Shown piece after piece: positions 57,105 to 64,000 of a DNA stretch of 64,000 nt (positions are counted from its first letter, which is position 1; the number at the start of each line of letters is the position of its first letter). A program made the position numbers and the translations under genes. Below the pieces are notes generated by a model. The model had not been told where the DNA came from. It was given only the letters and a program-made list of their open reading frames with translations, and did not search any database. Source of the DNA: Candidatus Ozemobacteraceae bacterium. Lineage in GTDB: Bacteria; Muiribacteriota; Ozemobacteria; Ozemobacterales; Ozemobacteraceae. The DNA is taken from positions 1,760,001-1,824,000 of the forward strand of contig OZ223236.1 of the NCBI GenBank assembly GCA_965140445.1, given 5' to 3'.

Positions 57105-57232
57105 GAGTCGCCTTTTTATAAAAGACTTTTAAGTGTGCACCGTGCATAGGGCACGTAAAAACATTTAATTTAAACTTTATCCCTGTGTGTGGATTAATTA
57201 TAGTTTTGTAAAGTCTTATTGGAAGCGGGTTT
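57105..57232 (+). ncRNA. candidate rod-shaped structured RNA (possibly 6S-like)
   Basis: Nested helices 57122-57129/57210-57217 and 57140-57151/57181-57192 (with 4 G-U pairs) around an internal bubble, in a 218-nt intergenic gap. Confidence 0.3.
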
Positions 57233-57248
57233 TGAAAAACAGCTTGAT

Positions 57249-57278
57249 TTGCAATTTGAATATCTTGAACTATATAAT
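57249..57278 (+). promoter_or_regulatory. sigma70 promoter for the 98-aa orphan
   Basis: TTGCAA-N18-TATAAT; GAGGT RBS before ATG 57317. Confidence 0.6.
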
Positions 57279-57316
57279 GTGCCTTCATTGATAAAGAGAA
57301 TTTTCGTGAGGTAAAA

Positions 57317-57613
57317 ATGACAAATTCAGCAGCAGTTAGAGCAGAAGATTTATGTGAAAACACTACATTTAATCAAAGTGTGGTTAATGAAAAAGTTACA
57401 TCATTTCAGAAACCAAAGCTTACGGTTGTGCCCCCAACCCCCAGCGAACCACCTACACAAGAAAAACTGGTTCAACTTTACTCAAAACAAAACAGAGAAT
57501 GTTGGCTTTGTGAAGGAATTTCAAAAAAAATTGTTGCTGGAAAAGATATTTCAGATGATGACAACTGGCATTTCACATCCTGTGTGCTAAGTTGGGAACA
57601 CCTTAATAGATAA
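57317..57613 (+). CDS. small hypothetical protein with CxxC...HxxxC motif
   Basis: Promoter, RBS and terminator bracket the ORF; ECWLCE...WHFTSC. Confidence 0.7.
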   Translation: MTNSAAVRAEDLCENTTFNQSVVNEKVTSFQKPKLTVVPPTPSEPPTQEKLVQLYSKQNRECWLCEGISKKIVAGKDISDDDNWHFTSCVLSWEHLNR

Positions 57614-57622
57614 GAATATAGT

Positions 57623-57664
57623 AAAAAAAGCAGCTTCCAAAAACTGGGAGCTGCTTTTTTTTTT
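57623..57664 (+). terminator. intrinsic terminator
   Basis: A7-GCAGCTTCCA-AAAAC-TGGGAGCTGC-T10. Confidence 0.9.
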
Positions 57665-57752
57665 GAAAAAATTGCAATAAGTATAATTAAATCTACCTTT
57701 CCGGACGATTACTCTAGGTAAGGACTTTTTTTACTTTAAAATTTAGGAGGGA

Positions 57753-58817
57753 ATGCGGTTGAGACGCTGTTTATTATTGTCTGGACTTTTTGTTCTGGCA
57801 GCATCTTCAATGACGATGGGTGCAATATATTCCTATCGAGATGCGCAAGGTCGACTTTATTTAACTGATAGCCCTCCTAATAAAAACTATAAAATTGTAG
57901 TTACCACCAGAAAAGACCGAGAAGGGCCGGATTCTCCAAGTTCTTATGCTAAAGCAACAGCTTTTTCTGGATTAAAATCAGAAAAGTGTCTTCTGCACAG
58001 TGACGACGCCTATAGTGCTTACATAAATGAAGCTGCACAGATTCATGGAGTTGACCCATATCTGATAAAATCTGTTATAAAGGCTGAATCAGACTTTGAT
58101 CCTGGTGCCAGATCATCTAAGGGTGCCCAGGGACTAATGCAACTTATTCCTTCTACCGCAAGGCTTGTTGGATGCAATAGAGCATATGATGCAAGAGAAA
58201 ATATTCTTGGTGGAACCGCTTACCTGAAAATGATGCTAAAAAGGTTTGATTGGAAAACAGATTATGCATTAGCTGCATATAATGCAGGCCCAGGAAATGT
58301 GGACAAATACAAAGGTATTCCACCATTTAGGGAAACCAAAAACTATGTGAAGAAAGTAAAATTTTACTACAACAAGTATAGTGCTTCTGCAACAGGGAAG
58401 GGTAGAAGCACAAAAGTTGCCAGAGTTATTCCAGTTTTAAAAACTGATCTTTCGAAGCGGTTGCAGGAAGCATATGAAAAGTTTGAAGACGGTAATGTAG
58501 AAGGTGCAATGGATGCATACCGCAATGTATTAAACATATACCCAAGGAATGCTCAGGCTCTGTATAACTTAGCATGTTTGCTGGACATGGAAAGATATTA
58601 TGAAGATGCAATTGATTCATATAAAGCTGCGTTAAAGCAGGATCCATATCTGGATAAAGCTGTGTATAACCTTGCAGTTATTTATGAAAGAATGGGAATG
58701 CACCAGGATGCAATTGCAGCCTGGAAAAAGTACGTAAAAACAACAAAGGACGAAGAAAAAATTGTGATGGCTGAAAAGTTTATTCACGAGTTAAAAGAAT
58801 TTTCTTCGGTAAATTGA
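57753..58817 (+). CDS. secreted lytic transglycosylase (DUF4124-like + SLT + TPR)
   Basis: IYSYRDAQGRLYLTDSP; IKAESDF, SKGAQGLMQL, ALAAYNAGPG, PPFRETKNYV; C-terminal TPRs. Confidence 0.92.
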   Translation: MRLRRCLLLSGLFVLAASSMTMGAIYSYRDAQGRLYLTDSPPNKNYKIVVTTRKDREGPDSPSSYAKATAFSGLKSEKCLLHSDDAYSAYINEAAQIHGVDPYLIKSVIKAESDFDPGARSSKGAQGLMQLIPSTARLVGCNRAYDARENILGGTAYLKMMLKRFDWKTDYALAAYNAGPGNVDKYKGIPPFRETKNYVKKVKFYYNKYSASATGKGRSTKVARVIPVLKTDLSKRLQEAYEKFEDGNVEGAMDAYRNVLNIYPRNAQALYNLACLLDMERYYEDAIDSYKAALKQDPYLDKAVYNLAVIYERMGMHQDAIAAWKKYVKTTKDEEKIVMAEKFIHELKEFSSVN

Positions 58818-58819
58818 TC

Positions 58820-59215
58820 ATGAGCGGCAAAAAAAAGGACAATATAAGTGAAAGATCACTATTTGAGAAATTACTATATGTTGGAATAGGAACATTCTTT
58901 TTATGGCCTTTTATGCAGTTATGGTCAATTAAGGCTGTGCCACTTTTTGAATCAGATACTCATCAAAGAGCGGCCATCGCGCTTGAAAACATTATGGAAG
59001 AAGCTTTGGCAAAGCCCTTTAAGAAAATGGATGAAAAAAGTTCATTTGAGAAAATTGAAGGATGTGAAGACATCGGTCTTGTTGGAAAAGTTGAGGTGTT
59101 TCCGCACCCTGATTATGAACGTTTAACACTTTTGCGCGGTCAGGTAAGCTGGGGTGGATTTCCATTCAGTAAAACCCTGACTCTGGAATATCTAAAAACA
59201 AGAACTAGACCATGA
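58820..59215 (+). CDS. PilV-like minor pilin-like protein with degenerate prepilin motif
   Basis: ERSLFEKLL plus hydrophobic helix; AAIALENIMEEALAKPF; GQVSW C-terminal strand; precedes pilin genes. Confidence 0.5.
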   Translation: MSGKKKDNISERSLFEKLLYVGIGTFFLWPFMQLWSIKAVPLFESDTHQRAAIALENIMEEALAKPFKKMDEKSSFEKIEGCEDIGLVGKVEVFPHPDYERLTLLRGQVSWGGFPFSKTLTLEYLKTRTRP

Positions 59216-59754
59216 TTAAACCTGAAATAAAATTGAAAAGAAAATCTGGAGTAACTCTTTGGGAGATTGCTTTATTTACAGTATTTCTTGCTATAGCAGG
59301 GGGGGCTTCAGTTTTTTTCTTTTTCCTGAATTCGTCCGAGGTTCGGTATGCTCAGAAAAAATATGAATGGATTGTAAAAACAAATAAGCTTCTCGATTCT
59401 GTAGCTCTTGAAATTGCTAATAGCTTAAAATTGGAACATCCTTTTGCCGGCAGTTCAAGAGATTGCTTTTTTAAAAGCCCTATCAACGCAGGGGATCTTG
59501 GTCCATCAGTCCGAGATGAGGGATTTTCATTTACTGACAGAGGGCTAATTTATGTTGCCAGAGGTCCAGAAGGTGAAACAGAAACTCTGAAAAGACTGGG
59601 CGCGCTTTCTAATCCAATTATTCCAGGTTGCAAGGAAGGGGAATTTGTCCGAAATGGACCAGATTCAATTGAAATAAGTTTCAAAATCGATGAGCCACAG
59701 GAATCAGGAAAACTAAAAGCTTTCAAACGCACAATATTTTTGAGGAACCAATGA
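59212..59754 (+). CDS. type IV minor pilin/pseudopilin (PilW/GspJ-like)
   Basis: Class III signal KRKSG|VTLWEIALFTVFLAIAGG with E at +5; C-terminal RTIFLRN. Confidence 0.75.
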   Translation: MIKPEIKLKRKSGVTLWEIALFTVFLAIAGGASVFFFFLNSSEVRYAQKKYEWIVKTNKLLDSVALEIANSLKLEHPFAGSSRDCFFKSPINAGDLGPSVRDEGFSFTDRGLIYVARGPEGETETLKRLGALSNPIIPGCKEGEFVRNGPDSIEISFKIDEPQESGKLKAFKRTIFLRNQ

Positions 59755-61511
59755 GCCAAAGAAACAAAGGAAAACAATCATTAATACCAGTCGTAATCAT
59801 GACTGGATTTACTCTTTTACTTCTAGGTGCTCTTGCGTTCAGGGCAGATCAAGCTGACAAAGATCTTGGAATGATTCGCATCTCAGAGAGACAGGCCAGG
59901 CTTGCTGCTGAGGCTGGTGTTCAATTTGCTTTAGATAAAATTATTGATATAGTTAAACAGAGTGAAAGGCTTTCCGCGCCTTTAAACATATCGCCAGCAA
60001 TTTTTGATTCAGAAATGGATATTGATGAGTGGAAAAGTTTTGGGTTAAAAACCAGTGCTTTTTTCAGAATTATAGGAGTTAGAAAGCTTTCAAATGTTGA
60101 CGAAAAGGATACTAGCCTGATTGACGAAGGGCAAAGATATCAAATTCTCACAGAAGGGCGCTCTGGGCGTAATCGATATTCGGTAGCAGCAGTTATTCAA
60201 CTATATGATTTGACTCATTTGTTTTCGGCTTTTAATAGTCTGAATGAATACTACTATGGCAAGCCTGTTCAGCCTTGGATTGAGGCTAGCGGTAGCCTGG
60301 AAAATTTTAAAAATGCAAACAAGGATTTATTCGACTCAGGAAAAATTGATTCAATGGGAGTTTGCAATGATCCGGGATTAATTTACCGTATCTTTGTTCC
60401 GGGAGGGAATGATCCTTTTAAACATGCGGCCGGGGCGCAAAGCTTTGGTCAGAATTTTTCCAGAAATTATTCCCGAAAAGGCGATTCGCCTGCCAAAGGG
60501 CCAGTTTATTGCACAACTCCAATGATTCTAGACTCACATAACTTTTGGGCTCCATTTCAAACTGCCAGCTATATATATAGAAGAAATGGAAGTAAGCCTA
60601 GAATTAGTATGGGAACCTCTGTTTTTGCGGTTAACTCAAGTTTAAGACTTCAACAATCAGCCGATAGCCTGGAAGGCGGAAATCCAACAAATGTCACAAT
60701 TGACAGAGATAGCGCATATTACAAGTCTTTTATTCCCGAATGGAGACCTGATATTGATTTCTTGAGAGATCTTGCAAAGAAAAAAGGCGTTTATATTGAC
60801 GAAAATGGGATTGGACACAGTGGCAACAGCTCTATCGAGATTGATTACCACCCAGAAACCGTTAAGCTTTTTTCCGATAGCTATAAAAGAAGCAACTCAG
60901 TGCAATATGAGCAGGATGAATTGGAAGCAAATTGTGTGACTTTATCATCTGATGCTAAGTTTGACGGATTTAATAATATTTCATCAAAAAATCTTCAAGG
61001 ATCAAGAATCATTTTTTCTGAGCGCTCCATTTTTCTTCGTGGAGATATTGGAAATGATCTGATCATCGTAACTCCTGGCCACATCTTTTTGACAGGACCA
61101 ACAAATGTGGACTCAAATCTGAACCTGTTTTTAATAGCAGAACAGGGTGTGGCAATTCATACTGGGGATTTTGAAAAAACACTTTCCCAGATGGGTAATG
61201 ACAGCGCATTTGTTGAAGCCGCAAGACATTGGATTATAAATGCGGTCATTTATAAACCTGGAGCTGGTTTTTATACTTCAAAAGCGCTTAAACAGGATAA
61301 AAAAGTAATAAACTTTAGAAGAGCTTTTAATGGTAAGAGTTTGAAATTAACTCTTAACGGCTCTTGCATTGAAGGAAATCTTCAACGCTGGATGGATAAC
61401 TCTGAAGAAAATGGCGTGAATCTTTTCTGGAAACCAGAAGCTGCGGATAGGCTATATTTGAGACCGATCAGTGCCAACGTTTTACGTTTAAGATCACAGC
61501 CTGATAAATAA
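59751..61511 (+). CDS. large PilX/GspK-like tip pilin
   Basis: RNKG plus hydrophobic helix, QARLAAEAGVQFA, YQILTEGRSG; large beta-rich C-terminal region. Confidence 0.7.
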   Translation: MSQRNKGKQSLIPVVIMTGFTLLLLGALAFRADQADKDLGMIRISERQARLAAEAGVQFALDKIIDIVKQSERLSAPLNISPAIFDSEMDIDEWKSFGLKTSAFFRIIGVRKLSNVDEKDTSLIDEGQRYQILTEGRSGRNRYSVAAVIQLYDLTHLFSAFNSLNEYYYGKPVQPWIEASGSLENFKNANKDLFDSGKIDSMGVCNDPGLIYRIFVPGGNDPFKHAAGAQSFGQNFSRNYSRKGDSPAKGPVYCTTPMILDSHNFWAPFQTASYIYRRNGSKPRISMGTSVFAVNSSLRLQQSADSLEGGNPTNVTIDRDSAYYKSFIPEWRPDIDFLRDLAKKKGVYIDENGIGHSGNSSIEIDYHPETVKLFSDSYKRSNSVQYEQDELEANCVTLSSDAKFDGFNNISSKNLQGSRIIFSERSIFLRGDIGNDLIIVTPGHIFLTGPTNVDSNLNLFLIAEQGVAIHTGDFEKTLSQMGNDSAFVEAARHWIINAVIYKPGAGFYTSKALKQDKKVINFRRAFNGKSLKLTLNGSCIEGNLQRWMDNSEENGVNLFWKPEAADRLYLRPISANVLRLRSQPDK

Positions 61512-61528
61512 ATGGTTAAGAGGAACAT

Positions 61529-62215
61529 ATGACCCTGTTGGATAGATTTTCTGAGGTAAAAAAGAGAATAGCTGCAAAAGCAATTGCTTGTGGCCGTTCA
61601 GAAGATGAAATTCAGTTGATAGCAGTATCTAAGACTGTTGAAACTCAGATTATTCAAGAATTGGTTGGGGTGGGGCACTTTTCATTTGCAGAAAATAGAG
61701 CCCAGGTTCTGCGTGATAAAAATAGAATCTTATCTGATAGTGGCATTGAATGGCATTTTATCGGTCCGCTCCAATCCAATAAGATCAAATATGTTTTTCC
61801 CGTGGCGTCTTTAGTCCATTCAATTGATCGAATTGATCTTATTGAAGAGTTTGCTAAATGGGCTGAAAAAACTGGTCGCAAGTGCCCAATTCTTCTTGAG
61901 GTTCATATTTCTTCAGAAGAAACAAAACAGGGGTTTGGGGTCGATGAAGTTTTAGGTGTTATCGAAAAGTTCAGGAATTCTGAATTACTAGATATAAGAG
62001 GACTAATGGGAATGGCCCCTTTTGATTCTGACCAAAGCGTTGTAAGAGGGGCATTCAGAAAACTTAAGGATCTATTTGAAGAAAGCAAAAAGTTAGAGGG
62101 ACTTGCTTATAAAGCAAGGGAGCTATCGATGGGAATGACAAATGACTTTGAGATTGCCATTGAAGAAGGCGCAACAATGTTGCGTATAGGTAGCGCAATA
62201 TTTAGTGAGGAATGA
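61529..62215 (+). CDS. yggS: PLP homeostasis protein YggS/YlmE
   Basis: LIAVSKT, FAENRAQ, WHFIGPLQSNK, HSID, GLMGM, LSMGMTND, RIGSAIF. Confidence 0.96.
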   Translation: MTLLDRFSEVKKRIAAKAIACGRSEDEIQLIAVSKTVETQIIQELVGVGHFSFAENRAQVLRDKNRILSDSGIEWHFIGPLQSNKIKYVFPVASLVHSIDRIDLIEEFAKWAEKTGRKCPILLEVHISSEETKQGFGVDEVLGVIEKFRNSELLDIRGLMGMAPFDSDQSVVRGAFRKLKDLFEESKKLEGLAYKARELSMGMTNDFEIAIEEGATMLRIGSAIFSEE

Positions 62216-62216
62216 G

Positions 62217-62483
62217 ATGGCTGCATTATTGGGTTTTTTAAGAATTTTCCAAATGGTGATTTTCATTCGTATAATCTTGACCTGGATTATGCCAGGTCGT
62301 TTACCGAAAGGGCTGCGTCCAATTGCTGAGCCAATTGATAAGCTTTTAAAGAAGTTTCAGGTATTACTCCCTATGGGGCCTGGTTATATAGACCTGGGCC
62401 CAGCATTATGTTTGTTACTTCTGGAAGGAATTCAGAGGGTGTTGATTGCTGCAACCTATTCAGCCGGCGGGTATGGTTTTTAA
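62217..62483 (+). CDS. yggT: YggT/YlmG family membrane protein
   Basis: IFIRIILTW, EP, IDLGP; follows yggS; start at ATG 62217. Confidence 0.85.
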   Translation: MAALLGFLRIFQMVIFIRIILTWIMPGRLPKGLRPIAEPIDKLLKKFQVLLPMGPGYIDLGPALCLLLLEGIQRVLIAATYSAGGYGF

Positions 62484-62531
62484 CTTTTCCATGGATTGAA
62501 CATTTTTCCAAACGTTTTAAAAATTCACAGA

Positions 62532-63875
62532 TTAATCATCTTTAAAAATTGCCACAAGCTCTTTGGCGCTTTTGCCAATAGCTTTTTTAAAGGCTTCTTC
62601 AGCTTCAAAATTTAGGGATAGATTTCTTAAAATTTCTTGCATTGTAGGCCATCCAAACTCTCTAACCAGGTTCCTGGTAAACTTATAGGAAAGAAAGTAA
62701 ACTTTTGAGGCTTCTTCTACTGTTAATTTGCCGCTACGAAATGCTTGTTCAATTGCATTTATAGAAACAAATTCTTTTTCTTTTGAAAAAGCAGAATCTG
62801 ATCTTTCAAATTCAGAAATGCTTGTAGCTTCAAACATCTGAGCCAACCCTTCATTTAACCAGATAGGGCACTTTCCATCAGTCATCAGATAAGTAAGGTG
62901 ATGTGAATACTCGTGGAATGCGGCGTTTTTCAAAAACCTTGCATTTAAATTCCTGGTTGGCACAGGAATCCTGATTTTTCCATCGTATAGGCCTCCAGCC
63001 CAGTCTGGTAAATCGTGAACTCTTTTAAAATCTTCGGTTGGAAGAACAAGAATCTGGGCTCTCTGGGTTGGATAATAACCAATTCTATCGCCAACTGTTG
63101 TATAAGCTTCTTCAAAAATATTTAACAAATCTTCGGCCCATTCTTGAGAAAAGTTATCATCACAACTTAATGAGAAGTGAATGCTGGTGAAGTTTTTTAA
63201 ATTCTCTTGAAGGGAAAGTTCTCTCTGAGTTTTTGCCAAAAGCTTATTGAAGCTCTTGTCGCTACTATTCGATTCTTTCGCCATTTTTAAATGGAAAATA
63301 GCTTCATCAATGTTACCGTTTAAATAGAGGATTTTTCCGAGTTGGAGATGTGCTTGAGGATTTTCTGGTGCGAAATCCAAAATTTTCTCCAGCATTGTTT
63401 GGGCTTCTAAATTATTCTCAACTCTTTTTAATGCCGCAGCTAACTTGAGAAGAGTTTCTGAATCATGAGGTCGAAGTGCTTCAATTTGTCTGCACTCTTT
63501 TTCAACTTCATCAACTTTCTTTAGAGTAACTAAAGTCGATAAAAGGTTAAATCTTATTGAGAGATCTTCTGGTTTTTGGTCTCTGGCAGCTTCGAAATGG
63601 CGCAGAGCTTTAAAATAGTTGTGAGAACGGACATTTAAAACACCAAGATTGTTATGGGCACAGGCAAGGTTTGAATAAGCTGTATTGTTAAAAGGATTTA
63701 GCCTGCAAGCTCTTTCAAAAGAATCAATTGCTTCCTCAAACTTTCCATCATTGGCTTTTCTCATTCCTTGACGATTTAAAATCCAGGAATCATCTTCTGG
63801 GAGTGCTTTTAAAACATTAGGAGAGCTGAAATATATGCTGCAACCAATTGCCAGGATGAAAAGTTTCTTTTTCAT
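62532..63875 (-). CDS. secreted TPR protein with C-terminal peptidase MA-like zincin domain
   Basis: Signal peptide, TPRs, PDWAGGLYDGKIRIP, HEYSH, PIWLNEGLA. Confidence 0.85.
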   Translation of the reverse strand: MKKKLFILAIGCSIYFSSPNVLKALPEDDSWILNRQGMRKANDGKFEEAIDSFERACRLNPFNNTAYSNLACAHNNLGVLNVRSHNYFKALRHFEAARDQKPEDLSIRFNLLSTLVTLKKVDEVEKECRQIEALRPHDSETLLKLAAALKRVENNLEAQTMLEKILDFAPENPQAHLQLGKILYLNGNIDEAIFHLKMAKESNSSDKSFNKLLAKTQRELSLQENLKNFTSIHFSLSCDDNFSQEWAEDLLNIFEEAYTTVGDRIGYYPTQRAQILVLPTEDFKRVHDLPDWAGGLYDGKIRIPVPTRNLNARFLKNAAFHEYSHHLTYLMTDGKCPIWLNEGLAQMFEATSISEFERSDSAFSKEKEFVSINAIEQAFRSGKLTVEEASKVYFLSYKFTRNLVREFGWPTMQEILRNLSLNFEAEEAFKKAIGKSAKELVAIFKDD

Positions 63876-64000
63876 ATTTTTATGTCAAAATTAGAGCCGC
63901 GAAGCCCATCGGACAGCTGTGGTGCTGGCTTTTTTTCCTCCTTTTTTTCTTTTTTGGATCCTTTAGGAGAATCTGGTGCTGGTTTTCCCTTTTTTTCAGA
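63872..64000 (-). CDS. 3' end of an unidentified CDS entering from beyond the window
   Basis: Open frame SEKKGKPAPDSPKGSKKEKKEEKKPAPQLSDGLRGSNFDIKI-stop; TGA overlaps the next ATG (ATGA). Confidence 0.7.
   Translation of the reverse strand, partial: SEKKGKPAPDSPKGSKKEKKEEKKPAPQLSDGLRGSNFDIKI

Noticed and set aside
57007..57363. 118-aa minus-strand ORF across the intergenic gap
   Set aside because: Overlaps two better-supported plus-strand genes and their signals; no motif
57682..57711. Possible sigma28 promoter (TAAA...GACGATTA) before the SLT gene
   Set aside because: Spacer is only 12 nt and the -10 has two mismatches
228..62088. Numerous 60-170 aa ORFs antisense to or nested within larger genes (e.g. 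228-584, 771-1214, 34283-34801, 47716-48204)
   Set aside because: They are shadows of well-supported genes, with no family motifs or evident RBS
1..64000. tRNA/rRNA genes, CRISPR arrays, IS elements, integrases, prophage
   Set aside because: None seen; intergenic gaps are short and no transposase, integrase, cas or phage motifs appear in the ORFs

Overview
Gene-dense bacterial chromosomal window (GC roughly 35-40% by eye) from a diderm, probably anaerobic peptide-fermenting organism with Terrabacteria-type markers (DUF3084 next to lptB, ytfI/ytfJ pair, holB-yaaT). It holds: (1) the start of a rearranged dcw cluster (ftsL-rsmH-ftsI-murE-murF-mraY, no adjacent mraZ) behind a secreted clostripain; (2) a stand-alone Tudor-like mini-protein, a HEAT/TPR protein plus membrane adenylate cyclase, iorAB, a UDP-glucuronate epimerase and an output-less membrane sensor; (3) a kinase/coaE/PP2C operon; (4) a kdsC-lpxL-lptCAB-DUF3084 run ending in a cNMP-binding/CpaE-like ATPase fusion; (5) a lipid A operon with lpxI, a GnnA-like oxidoreductase, an ICMT/LmtA-like methyltransferase, TWO lpxB paralogues, msbA, lpxJ-like, lpxL-like and waaA but no lpxK; (6) ilvE, cysQ, two small orphans flanking a possible rod-shaped ncRNA, and an SLT/minor-pilin/yggS/yggT operon. 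No tRNA, rRNA, CRISPR array or mobile element was seen. The best candidates for undescribed biology are the dual-LpxB methylating lipid A pathway and the cyclic-nucleotide-sensing CpaE/TadZ-like ATPase. All calls come from motif recognition by eye; no searches were run.
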